Source of the DNA: Utricularia gibba
Lineage: Eukaryota; Plantae; Magnoliophyta
NCBI GenBank assembly: GCA_002189035.1
Contig: NEEC01000007.1
Span: 806,001-870,000 of the forward strand
Length of the DNA stretch: 64,000 nucleotides
Direction: 5' to 3'
Under the pieces are notes generated by a model. That model saw only the letters and a list, made by a program, of their open reading frames with translations, had not been told where the DNA came from and did not search any database. Shown here piece by piece: positions 49,823 through 63,076 of the stretch (the stretch's first letter is position 1; every line of letters begins with the position of its first letter). Position numbers and translations under genes: made by a program.

Positions 49823-51379
49823 CTACATTGATGGTACGAGCGTTTTCTCATCATCATCAACAAGAACACTTGTGAACGTTTCTGGTTGCCGAGTTGTCTG
49901 GACTGTTCCTTGTTCTTCGGTTTTTGCATTTTGGTCCGTTGACTTTCCCCAAATCACCATATACAACCCAATCACCAGCACCACAGCTCCGCACACCCTG
50001 CAACATTTCATCACAGTAAAGCTGGCGGAGTTCTTGGAGAAAGCCATGAAGAGGGCATCTTGAGGATGGGGAAGTACTTACTTTCCGACAGTCATTTCCT
50101 CTGCAAAAATGAAGGAGCTTAGCACCGCAACGATGACCATGTTGAACGGGTTAAAGGCCGTCACGAAAACCGGTCCTTTCTTCTTCATGATCATGCCGGA
50201 AAGGGAGTAGGTGAGCCCAGAAGAAACAACTCCCTGCATCAAAAAAAGGTCGTCTTCAACATGAACCCGACGTTTTCCTTTACATCGCAGAGCACTTACC
50301 CCGTAAACGTAGGCCAAAAGCTTAGTATCAAACTTGAGTACCCAAACAGACAGGTTGTTTCTCTCTACAACCAGTGTCACGACGGTTCCCATCAACGACC
50401 CGCAAGTGCAGATCATGGCGGTTAACGAGAGGCATGCAGGGTACGACCTCAAAGTGATCGACTGATGAGCAGGATTAGGCGGTGAGAGAGATCATATGAC
50501 GAGAAGGATTGACAGCAAACGGAATATCGAGGTGGTCACCTGTAGAATGTAGAAGGCGGAGTAGCCGAAGCAGCCGGCGGCGATCATGAGTGCGCCTTTG
50601 ACGGGATCCGGTTGATCGTTGGGGTTAGATGATTTGTGGGTATCGTGCGATGGATGGGTCCATGGAAGTCCTATGCTATGACCTTTAATCAAGGTCATGA
50701 TCGTGGCTCCTGCAAGAGTCACCAGAGTTCCCAAAACCTTTGCATAGCTTGACAACTCTTTGAAGTTCAGCTTCTCGATCCTGTGATAAGAATCCCTTAT
50801 TAGCAGTCGGCACGTCGAATGCATCGATGGGCCCTGATTGATTACCTGAGAACCCAAGCCAGTACAAAAGTGAAGGCTGGAATAAGATTGCAGAGGGCGG
50901 AGCTGACGGTGGCGGTGGTGTATCTCATTCCGGCGTAGAACATGTTTTGTCCAAACACCGGACTGTTCCATGAGAAACGAAAGAAAATCAGACAGATTTC
51001 TTTCCAAACCCCACTTTTCAAAAAAGAAAAAGTATTTACTCAAACAAGGCGAGGAGGAGGATCTTGATGAATACACTGAGAGTCATTTTTGGACGGGTCT
51101 TCCTGTAAGAACCAGAAGAGAGTTTTTCATGTACTACTTTACTAACAACGAGCAGATACACAGCAGTGAGAGAGGCACAAACCTTTCGAAGATAATCCCA
51201 AATGGAATGAAAAGAGCGGCGGCGATGGCGTCTCGGTACACCGCGAACACGAAATGGTTGCTTCCATCATTCAGAGCAGCCTTGGAAACGATTGCAAAGC
51301 CGGCGCAGCCGAACTGTAGGATGATAACTCCGATGTACGGCGTCATTCTGCTGAGTAAAGTGGAAGACGCAGTTTTCAT
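49823..51379 (-). CDS. WAT1-related / UMAMIT (MtN21, EamA-type) transporter, copy 1; 7 exons
   Basis: PYIGVIILQFGCAGFAIVSKAAL, YAKVLGTLVTLAGA, KGPVFVTAFNP and GLYMVIWGK; GT-AG introns. Confidence 0.92.
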
Positions 51380-54372
51380 CTCTGGAACCTTAGAGGAACA
51401 GCTTTAAATGAAACGGAAAACTAAGGGATGCTGCTACAGAAAATCAGGGATCGCATTTATAGAGAAAAACAAAATAGGACTTTACACTACCTGGAACTCG
51501 TATCTGGTAGCACATGCATTTTTCGTACTCTGCGAGCATTCCATGGAGTTAGCGCACTGATCAATCTAGTAAAAGGACTTCCATTTACGGTATGCTAATT
51601 CAATCTAAGTGTACTAAAGTTTGAGTACATAGCCCGGATCTTAGGCAGGCCGCCACTAACCTTTCCAATCCGCCACTGTAATCCTCCTCCATCAGCCCCC
51701 AGTTTTGGATGTGAGACAAATTCTGCACCCCACACTACGTGTTGGATCGACAACCAGATAGTTATCAGTGCGTGGACTGATCGGATCTTGACAGAGAGAA
51801 GGGGTTCCTTGAGATAACCGCCTTGTTGCAGAAAAAAGCAGCGTGGCTTGAGAAATAAAAAAACAGGGCAGTTGCCTCCTGTTTCTGTGATTCTGAGGGT
51901 TTTGTGTACGAACACAGATGTTTTGGAAGGAAAAACTCTTCTTTTCAATTTTCAAGAAAACGTTTTAGGAACACACGAATAAATACCAAGCGCAAGAAAC
52001 GCAAACAACTTAAATGAAGAAGAAGCTGGCAGAAACTGACGGATGGGTTCTCATTTAACATAATTGTGGTGCCCTGGAAACTAGGACTGAGCTGCTTCTC
52101 GGTTGGCTTCCGATGGCACGCATGGGTTCAATTCGGTCCAACAAAACGAAGGTCTGATATGGCCATGCCGATTCCACAACTGTTCGGCGAGTATTGAGTA
52201 TCTACAAATAGCCCAATTTCAGAGATTAAAGCCACTGTCTTCGAAGCAATGATGACAACTAAATTCACTCTCTTAAAAAAATGTTCATCTTTCAAATTTC
52301 GGCAATCTGATGCACATGCATCAAAATTTTTCGCTCTATGTGGGCACGTAAAAGGCAAAAGCAAGTACATTAGGGCTGCATTTTACTACAAGGACATTAG
52401 GGCTGGCGAAGGTTGGCTGAACAGGTACTGTAGCCAAGTGTCTCCATTGAGGAAATACTCGCTTCGATGGCGATGATCTAGCAAAGTTAGATCCAAAGAC
52501 ACCAAAAATCAGCCCCGCTTTCCGGATCACTTATCTCCTGCCGTTTTACTTGGTAGTAACTCACAACGCAGACGTTGACAGCAAATTCATTTCGAGTAGG
52601 TATGTAGTACACCATCTTCAATACTGCGTGCGTGGAAGGTTACTAGTCCAGGAGGTTACCAGAGTGATAACATGAACGGAGTTACAGACCACTTGGGCCT
52701 GAATAAGATGAGGAGGTTTTATTGTGCACTACAAGGGATCAGATTAAAAGGAAGCCATGTGCGTAGATATGTTAGTTTTAGATCCTCAAAAGGGTGGGTC
52801 TTTTGCAAACTCCGCCACTGGGATCACAGCCCCAGGGCTTCCCATATTCTTGGATGAATAAAAAAACTTTCTGTGTGAGTTCAGACCTTTCTTGGATTAC
52901 TACTCGATCATTTCCACGTTAGGTGTAGACCCTTCTTTTGTTTTATTATAAAAAACATGAATGCAGTAGTAACTATCTTGGATTTCCCATCAAATTTCAT
53001 CACAAATTAGAGCATCGCGAGGCTCTCACGACATGTCCATCTCAACCAACCCCATCACCATAGCTCGTGGCTATGGAAGTGTCGGAACAATCGTGTGACA
53101 ACCCCGAATCATGGGAGTGGAAATAGGCTCATTTAGAAAATTGGCAATTATCAATTTATCTACTGTATATTATATGACACATGATCAATTTTCTAATTCA
53201 TTTCACGGAAATATCTTATGTAGTGCTATGAGCAAGATGTAGGATATTATCATGAGAAACATCTCGAATTTATTAAAAGAAAGAAATTGGTACTCAATTG
53301 GAACTTGATATTTTCCTTCCTTTTCTCAAGTTTCATCCAGATGAATTTACCGATATAGCCTCTTACCTGGTAGCAGACCCTTGTAGGAGGAGGGGTGTTT
53401 TGGTCAATATCTGAAAATGTGTGATCCTGAAACACCTACTGTACTCTTACAATTCACAATGTCATCCACTCGAATATGAACCGTACACCAGTCAACGGCC
53501 GACATCGTTGACCATTATCCATCTCAGAAGCACGACTCCGCTTCTTGACTGTTGACTTTCTTGTTGACTCCAGTTTACTGCGCGGTTAAATTTAAATTAC
53601 TCACAACCCATTTAATATTTTTTTTATCCCATGAGAAAACCTTTCAACTTAGGAAGGCCCTGAAATTCAATTTCCAACAAATTTACATGCTTTAAAAACC
53701 CTTTTTTTATAAAATATTAGGTATGGAATTTAGGGTATAAGATAATTAAAGCAGTAACATAGTGTCACATATCACAATTCTTGGTCATCAATTTCGGCCG
53801 TTGACTGGACCTTGTGCCATTCTTGAATCAATTAGTGGGCCACGTGTCCGGACAGGGAACCTTCCCGATGCCCGCCGCGACAGAATTTCGACCATTCACC
53901 CGCTTGGACACAATCAACCCCAAAATAGAAGCGGCGGATAAAAATAGCTACAGAAGAATATACAAAAAATTTTATCAATATTTTGAAATTAAAAAATAAA
54001 GGTATTAAAACGTAATTTAAGTTATGACAAATTTTTAAATGGAAATTGGTGCTTTTTTTAAAAAAAAATCATAATAAAAAGGAAAAAAATAGAAAAATAA
54101 AAAACATTGAATTAGTCGAAAATGGCCATTCTAATACTACTATTACAAAATATTATATTACGAAAAATGAAAAAAAGGAAAATGTGTACGGTGGCAGGCG
54201 GGGTAGGATGCAGATCTTGATTGTCCTTTTAATTAATATTTAAAGGCTCGCCATCGTTTACTTGACTGCACGAGGCTTCTCTACTATAAAGAGTCTTCCT
54301 TCAGTGATGTTGTAGCTCACAACCAACACATCTTCTCTCATCCTCCTCAGACACAAACATCGCGCACTAAAC

Positions 54373-56019
54373 ATGTCTTCAAAGGTTCTAAACAAGATCA
54401 GGCCCTACATCGGCGTCATCTTCCTGCAGTTCGGCAGCGCCGGATTCGCAATCGTCGCAAAGGCTGCGCTGAACCAGGGAAGCAGCCACTATGTGTTTTC
54501 TGTCTATAGGAACGGCATCGCTGCTGCTCTCTTCATCCCATTTGCGCTCATCTTCGAAAGGTTCGTTGTATAGACGGCATTTTATGACCCCTCATGATAT
54601 GGATTCTGTTGGAAAAACGTTAATGGATTATTGTGGTTTGGGTTTGTACAGGAAGACTAGACCGGCGATGACTTTTAGTGTCTTCTTCAAGATCCTCCTC
54701 CTCGGGTTGCTTGAGTGAGTAATTTCGGATTTACTGGTTTTCGGGAAATTTGATTGGGTAACGAGAAAGATTTCTTATCTGGGGTTTTTTGGAACAGTCC
54801 GGTGATCGGGCAGAACATGTTCTACGCCGGAATGAGGTACACGACGGCCACGGTCACCTCTGCGCTATGCAATCTTATTCCGGCCATCACCTTCGTAATG
54901 GCATGGATTCTCAGGTGAACTACAATATTTCATCTCATCCTAAACCCGAGAAGCAATTTGGATTACTTACATATATAAACATCTGTTTTGACAGGATCGA
55001 GAAGTTGAACTTCAGAAAGCCTTCAACCTATGCCAAGATTTTCGGAACTGCGGTAGCCCTGGGAGGAGCCATGATCATGACCATGATTAGAGGCCAGACA
55101 ATCGGCCTCCCATGGACTCATGCACCCACTAACGCCAATGCTTCCGCAAACCCTAATGATCATCCTGATCCCATCAAGGGCGCACTCATGATCGGCGCTG
55201 GCTGCTTCTGCTACTCTCTCTTCTACATTCTTCAGGCGATCACCTTGAAATCATACGGCGCCGGGATGTCGTTGACCGCGATGATCTGCGGATTCGGATC
55301 GTTGATGGGCACCATCGTGGCGTTCGCCGTAGAGAAAAGCAACACCTCCATATGGATTCTCAGATTGGACGCTAAGCTCTTGGCCTATGTCTACGGGGTA
55401 AGACCACGAACCCCTTTTACCTCCATACGAATACCTAATTCTGCATTCACGTGGAGAGATCTAAAGGCTTTTCTTTTTTGTTGATCTGGTGTGCAGGGAA
55501 TTGTCTCTTCCGGCATCACTTACTATCTCTCCGGTGTGATCATGAACGAGAAAGGCCCAGTTTTCGTGACCGCCTTCAACCCTCTTAGCATGGTCATCGT
55601 CGCCATTTTGAGCTCCTTCATTTTCGCCGAGCAAATGACCGTCGGAAAGTGAGTACTCTATTCTATATTCATTTAACACCCGGCATCACACCCAATTCCC
55701 TTCCAAGCTGATTGTGATGAAATACTGCAGAGTGGGTGGAGCTTTGGTGATCGTAATCGGGCTGTACTTCGTGATATGGGGGAAGTCAAAGGATCAAAAA
55801 TCCGAAGAAGTTCTCCCAACAACTCAGCCACCGAAAATGGACACAAGTTCGTCGTCGGACGACGAGTTACCGGCCTCTTCTCCAAAGGAACACGAAGGGA
55901 GCCAGGAGACGCAGGATCAAGGTGGAAACCAAGAAACAGCAGTTAGATTCGGGAGAGCATACAGTAGGAACAGACGAACCATGATGAACCCAATGGTTCA
56001 TGTTGTGGTTCAGGAGTAA
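54373..56019 (+). CDS. WAT1-related / UMAMIT transporter, copy 2; 6 exons (lacks one intron present in copies 1 and 3)
   Basis: PYIGVIFLQFGSAGFAIVAKAAL, YAKIFGTAVALGGA, KGPVFVTAFNPL and GLYFVIWGK. Confidence 0.93.
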
Positions 56020-56280
56020 ATACAAGTACAATAGTTGTTGATTTGTTAATTAATCATAACACTCCACATGCATGGAAATGAGCTCCATTTTGTAACATGA
56101 AATGATGCAATAAATTGTTACAAAGCATACTCAATGCCCTCCTGTCTCATCAAAGTAGCAAACCTCCACCCCTATATTTATTTGCACAGAATAAGATAGA
56201 GCAAAGGAGAAGTCATTATATTATTATTATTTTTAATTATTTAAAAATATATTAATCATTAAATTTGTTTTAGTTCATTA

Positions 56281-56323
56281 GGGGGGGGGGGGGGTCTTAT
56301 TATTATTATTATTATTATTATTA
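56281..56323. repeat. Compound simple repeat: G14 followed by (TTA)9
   Basis: Direct read of the sequence. Confidence 0.9.
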
Positions 56324-57514
56324 TTGTAAGATTGATTTATGATTGGTACTTCTTTCCCCTTTTATTTTATGCTACTCTAAATCGAGTTAAGTAATTTTGA
56401 ATTATGTTTTAAAATATTTGAAAAAATAAAATTTTTATTTAAAAGATTGAACCCATTCTTTCATTTAACTATGAATTTGAATTGAATCGAATTGAACCCA
56501 TGAATTTAAAATAATGAGTCTATCCGGTTTGACTCGATAATGAAGTGGCAAACTCATCTCCACATAATCGTCAAATAGAAATATACATGCTTCGGAACTT
56601 TCCAAAATGGCATGTTATTCAGTTCAAATTTAAGATTTTTTTGTAGGCTTTGGAAATCGAGTCGGCGGGTATCGATTCAGGCAACATGCGGTCAAAATTC
56701 TTGTCGGTACAAACGCCCCGCATAAGATTCCTTCGCAAGCATTTTAAAGAATAAAACGTGTTCAACATGAGTTCTAGAAAATTTGAGATGCAAATGTGCC
56801 GAATGAAAATGCTGACAATTCCTAGTCGAGATAATTACATATTTGAAACATTTTAAAACATTTTATGCTATATTATTGTACTTTTTCATTTTTTATCATT
56901 AAAATTTTATTTTATGTTTAAAAATAGTATAATTAGACATGTATAATTATGAATACAAAATGTGCATGATATTTATTTTATATAATTTTTTAAAGCGTTT
57001 AATTGATTAATTATACGTTCAAATCAAGTTAGCACATATATTGAGATTTTTTAAATATGTTTCCAACTAACGTCACGAAGAAAATACTAGATTTTTATAT
57101 TATTTTTTATCAATAAATTTATTTTTAAATAAAATTAGATATATCTAGTTATACTTATAAAATTTGAGAAAAAAAGAACTTACTAGATACAATTTTTTAA
57201 AGTATGTAATGAATTAGTTATCCATTTGCGTTAACTTAATCTATTAAAAACATTGATTTTTCGTACCCATTGATAGCTCGTAAATTGTACTTTATTGACT
57301 AGATTTTTATGTTATGGTTAGAGGGAAAAGGGTATTTTGGAAATTATTTCCTTACAAATATTAGATAAACAAAAGGTTATCACACTCATGTTTAAGTGGA
57401 AAATCCCCACCAACACATAGGGTACTTGGCGACTTTTGGTGCAGCCTAGACATGGTACACTTCGAAACTGGATTGAATTAACAAGAAATAGTAACCATGG
57501 TTAAACCTCCTCCT

Positions 57515-59091
57515 TCAAACTATGTTATTGGCCGACAATGGTAACTCATTCTCGAGTGAAGTATTTGTAGAACCCTTCTCTTGGTCATTTGTTGGGAGGT
57601 CTTTTTCTTCTTCTCGGTCCCTTGTCTTTCCCCATATCACTAGGTACAGCCCAGTGACGATCACCAAAGCTCCGGTTACTCTGCGAAATGTTCCTCACGA
57701 CAAGCTTTTAGCGCTGTGCTTGATGTCATTGCCAACGAAAGAAAAGAGAATGATGGTTCAGTACTTACTTTCCGATGGTCATTTGCTCGGCGAAAATGAA
57801 GGAGCTTATGATTGCAACGATGACCATGCTAAGAGGGTTAAAAGCAGTGACGAAAACAGGCCCCTTTTCGTTCATGATCACGCCGGAGAGGTAGTAGGTG
57901 ATGCCCGATGAGACAACTCCCTGCAGAAGTGAAGAATCAAACGTCTTTTAGCCATCCGAATCTTGTGTCGTTTCAATGCAAAGCAAACATTCCCTTAAGT
58001 TTCGTGTTGTTCTTACCCCGTAGACATAGGCCAAAAGCTTAGCATCTAATCTAAGGATCCAAATGGAAGTGTTGCCTCTCTCGACAATGAATGCCAGCAC
58101 GGTTCCCATCGTGGACCCCAAAGTGCATATCAGTGCCGTTAACGACATCCCGGCGGAGTACGATTGCAAGGTGATTGCCTAATGGATAAGAGGAAGACTG
58201 ATGAGTTTTTTCGGGTCAGGAGAGGGTACACGATTTACAGAAAAAAAAGGTTTAAGAAATAGTACTTGTAGGATATAGAAGAGGGCGTAGCAGAAGCAGC
58301 CAGCCCCGATCATGAGCGCGCCCTTGATGGGATCGGGATGGTCGTTGGGGTTAGTGGAAGCATGGACATCATGGGATGGATGGGTCCATGGGAGTCCAAT
58401 GGTTTGGCCCCTGATCATGGTCATGATCATGGCTCCTCCTAGAGCCACCACAGTTCCCATGATCTTTGCATAGCTTGAAAGCTTCTTAAAGTTCATCTTC
58501 TCTATCCTGTTCAGCCAGTTTCCTGACAATAAGTATTTGATTGGTTTTAGTTCTTATCACAGTTTGTCTGATTTTACCTCAGTACCCACGCCATTACAAA
58601 AGTTATGGCCGGAATGAGGTTGCAGAGAGCTGAGGTGACTGTGGCCGTCGTGTATTTCATTCCAGCATAGAACATGTTCTGCCCAATCACCGGACTGTCA
58701 AAAGGAACAAAGAAATATTTACTATCTTCGTCAAAAACACACCAATAAAAACCAAAACTACTTACTCAAGCAAGCCGAGGAGGAGAATCTTGATGAAAAC
58801 TCTGATAGTCATTGTCGGTCTCGTTTTCCTACAAAAAAGTATCACCCCTTTTTAGGATCATCAACAAAGAATACGGTTCATTTCACCTTCCTGGGAAACA
58901 AACCTTTCAAACAGAATCGCGAAGGGGATGAAGAGAGCTGCAGCAATGCCGTTTCTATAGACACAAAACACATAATGGCTGCTCCCTTGGTTCAGTGCCG
59001 CCTTGGCGACGATTGCAAAACCGGCGCTGCCGAATTGCAGGAAGATGACGCCGATGTACGGCCTCATTCGGGTGAAGAAGCTCGACGACAT
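57515..59091 (-). CDS. WAT1-related / UMAMIT transporter, copy 3; 7 exons
   Basis: MSSSFFTRMRPYIGVIFLQFGSAG, YAKIMGTVVALGGA and GLYLVIWGK; stop TGA at 57515-57517. Confidence 0.92.
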
Positions 59092-60840
59092 CGCTGGTTG
59101 AGAACTCAAACTACACAGAAGCTGTGATGTGTTAGTTGCCTGATGGGGCTGCAAGAACTGAGGGGAGGTATTTATAGGTCAGTTTCCAAGTAAAACTTGG
59201 CGAGCTTCGCCAACCATCCTAGTCACAAGTCACCATCTACTTCATAATTAATGTTTTTAGTGGTATTTATTATTTATTAAATATTTCAAAAATTAAAAAA
59301 TAACAAAAATAACAATTATAAATAATAAATTACTTTATGATGACAGAAATTGCCAATTTGCTCGAAAAGGGGCAAGATTGGAATTACACTTGTTAAGAAA
59401 AGAAAGCTACACTCGCACGTGTTTATTACCCATTTAATTACAGCATCAAAGAATAATTAATATTCGACTTCGAGTAATAGAATATTAATTTTCATTTCTT
59501 TTGAAGGAATTCCGGAGACCCAACGGAAATATTCTGAATGCCGGCACTATGGCTGGTCGCCAACCGCACGTGCGGTTCACAATCCATCATTAAACCTTAA
59601 ATTCAAATTAAACATACTATTAAAGTATAAAATTAAATGATCAAATATATACAAAAATAAAAAAAATAAATAATCAAATTTAATATTTTTGAATGTAATA
59701 ATATTTATTATATATTTAAATTTCATATGTAATAATTTCAAATATAAAGTAAATTGAAGTACCACTAGGGTTTAATAATTAATGCTTTGCTTTCACTTTG
59801 CTGGTTTTTTGAATGAACCTATTAGATAATCCATGTAGGCATCCAAGCCATAGGGTAATATTTCACATGGGAAACAAACGCCATCATGAATTCAGCTATC
59901 TGGGAATCCACAGCGATCAAAAACAATAGTGATTCATTGCACACACAGTGTCACACACTAAAGAATATGCTCTCCACCACCATCCAGCAGCTCAACTCAC
60001 ATCCTTCAAGAAAAAAAAAAAAGCAAGAACTCATTACAGATCAATTTTTTTTCCCAAAACAACGAAACCCAGTGTAGAGCATCATAGGGTTTGGAATAAT
60101 ATGAATGGTGTAATGATGTAGGTAGGGTTTGGGGCCGTCGACTTTGAACATTTACTTTAGCTACTGGAGGCCTGGTCAAGCAGTAGCAAAACTTTCCCTG
60201 TTTCGCCAAGGCATTGTCTTTTACAATCCTGTGTCAAATCTCATTCCCAGTGTTCTTCTGGTAAGCAACTTCCCAGTGCCCCTTTACTCCTCCACACCGC
60301 ATCATATCAGTACTCTCTCATGTTTTATTCTACTCAAAAGGGCTCATTTTTGTTCCCTTTTAGTTTAATGTGGTTTGGCTCAGTGATTCTCCTCTCATTT
60401 TATGAACTCCTTCTGCATAACGAAACCTGAGTTCTTGGCCTTCGACTAATCGTAGTCTATAGAGGCGTGCCCCGAAATGAAACCCAGGGACACCACTTGA
60501 CCTAAAGAATCTCGCCTTTCTCCAGCAGCAGCATCTTCTCACTCCATTTCAATGTTTGAATCGAATCACAAGGATCTTACGCAGTGCTTCTTGTCATACT
60601 AAACATGTTTTATTCGCTTTTAAAGATAAACATGCTTTATTCTGTAAATGCGCCAAGGGAAGAACATGCCTCATGTTGGATCAAGTGTCAATATTCATTT
60701 TTGTTTCATAATATTTCAAAACAAAAGCTAAAGAAGAAGACATTCCCCAAGTTCAAGTTTCACTATATAATATAGTGCTACACACTAGTTTTATTACCCA
60801 TTAGAAATATTTTTTTATTAATTATTACTATTTTAATGAA

Positions 60841-60914
60841 TTGGGCTTAATCGTGGGCCACAGAAGACATTTTTATTGTGTATTTTTAAACTTAATGGGC
60901 CCAACGCATGGGCT
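60841..60914. promoter_or_regulatory. Site II (TGGGCY) cluster upstream of serine racemase
   Basis: TGGGCT, TGGGCC, TGGGCCCA and TGGGCT within 75 bp. Confidence 0.45.
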
Positions 60915-61285
60915 AGAGCAGGGAATGCGGGCTTTTACTCGGGATGAAGCTCTTAATTTGGACGCCCTGAGTGGCAGTCCAGTCCATGTATTTTTATTCA
61001 CTGTTTGTTTTATTGTTGCCTTTTTCCGTTTCGTGGAGTCGCGATCTGCTTCTGTGGAAGCTTGTGACCGTTCTGAATCTTGTTGAACCCATCTTTTTGA
61101 TTCAAGTGAGGAATTCTGTATTTTTATGTGTTCAGTTGCTGAGAACCGTATGTTGTAGAGTTTTATAAGTGTTTTGTGGGTTTATTGTTTACACTGTTTG
61201 GTCATAGTGTACAGAGTTAATGGGTATTTGCATCTCTCGGTCTGAAGATTTTTTTTTTCTAGGTCAAATTTAGATAAGGAGTTTG

Positions 61286-62715
61286 ATGGAAGAAAAACCG
61301 GAGTATGCTGCTGATATTGTTTCTATAAGGAAAGCACAGGAGCGAATCGCCTGTTATGCGCATAGGACACCAGTTTTGTCAGCCTCCACTCTGGATTATT
61401 CTTCTGGAAGAAAACTTTACTTCAAATGTGAATGTTTCCAGAAAGGGTGAAGTTATCCGTGCCTTGGATTTTTGCGTGTTATTTGTGGGGTTTTGATTGT
61501 TGTTTTCTTCTCGTATTTCAGGGGAGCTTTCAAATTTCGAGGGGCTTGTAATGCTGTGTTCTCACTTACAGATGATGAGGCTTCTAAAGGCGTTGTCACA
61601 CATAGCAGGTGTTAGTAGCATCTCCTTGAAATGCTTTTCTGCGAGTTACATCTGAAGTTAGCTGATCCCACATTTCAAAACATTAGTGGGAATCATGCTG
61701 CAGCACTTGCATTGGCAGCAAAGCTAAGAGGTATACCAGCGTATGTCGTCATACCAAAGAATGCTCCTAGATGCAAAGTGGAGAATGTATTACGCTATGG
61801 AGGCAAGATAATCTGGAGCGAGGCAACTATGCAATCTAGGGAGGAGGTTGTTTCCCAGGTTCTGAAGGATACGGGTGCTCTCCTTGTTCATCCATACAAC
61901 GATCCACGAATAATAAGGTGTGTATCTTTGAACCAGAGTATCTGTCTCATGTATCCTCCGAAGATGTTTGTTTGGAATTCTGTTTCTCTGATTATTGTGT
62001 CTTTGAAGTAATGAGTTTCAAGATCATTTGTTTCAGTGGACAAGGAACCATTTCTCTAGAGCTTTTGGAGCAGATTTCTTCAGTGGATGCCATAATCGTT
62101 CCCATCAGTGGTATAATTTAGTCTGTGGATTGGTGCAAGATTCGATTTTTAGTCCTCCAACATTTAATCAAACGTTGTTGTGTTCATCTTTGCATTTCCC
62201 ATCGCAGGAGGCGGTTTGATTTCCGGGGTGGCAATAGCAGCCAAATCCATCAACCCCTCGATCAGAGTATTAGCTGCAGAACCAAAAGGCGCAGATGATG
62301 CTGCTCGGTCCAAACAAGCTGGCCGCATAGTAATTCAACCTGAGGTCAAGACCATTGCTGATGGCCTTCGAGGTTCTCTTGGATCCTTAACATGGTAACC
62401 ACCGCTTCATCTCTTTACCCACTAACACATCAGATTAACAAACCCTTTTCGCCTTCTACCAGGCCTGTAGTACGGGACTTGGTTGACGACATCATAGTTG
62501 TCCATGACAAGGAAATCATATATGCCATGCGACTTTGCTATCAAGTTCTGAAGGTAGCAGTGGAGCCAAGTGGTGCCATTGGTCTTGCTGCTGTTCTCTC
62601 GGATGGTTTCAAGGGCGACCCTCGTTGGAAGAACTGCAACCATGTTGCCATTATACTCTCCGGGGGCAATGTGGACATGGATGTCTTCTGGGAATCTCTG
62701 AATCAACTTGCCTGA
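61286..62715 (+). CDS. SR: Serine racemase (PLP-dependent, fold type II), multi-exon
   Basis: KCECFQKG|GAFKFRGA (PLP lysine), THS|SGNHAAAL, GQGTISLE, PISG|GGLISG, TIADGLR, AVEPSGAIGLAA and ILSGGNVD. Confidence 0.96.
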
Positions 62716-63076
62716 GGAATGATCCTCGCCCTCTCCGGTAGAAGAACAGCAGCAAAATCAACCCAAGAAGCAATATTTTGATGATATGTACTCGTTGCTG
62801 TTCCTTCAAGCAATGTTTTGATGATATCGAAAAATTGGCGGCTCCGAGGCGCCGAGCAGATTCATGTTGGGATATTGAAATTTCAAACAATTCTAGGAAG
62901 AAAAGAAATTTAAAGAAGTTAATACGTGGCTTTGAAATTGCGAGAAGTTTTGAGGTGTAACTGATATTTCCGAACACTTTGGGGGCTTTATGTTTCAGGG
63001 GGAACCTACATAAGTACATAACTCGTCTTGCTTCCATCCTCCGCCGTCAACCTGCTTAGGGTTCTTCCGTCGAGGT

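Noticed and set aside
52128-52370. ORF with FVDTQYSPNSCGIGMAISD, reminiscent of the RNase H-like domain of plant LINE-derived sequences
   Set aside because: Only one short motif is similar and the downstream RNase H motifs are not evident; this needs an HMM search.
58786-58798. 13-nt match (AGAATCTTGATGA) to miR172
   Set aside because: It lies within a WAT1 exon on the antisense strand, the match is partial and there is no hairpin.
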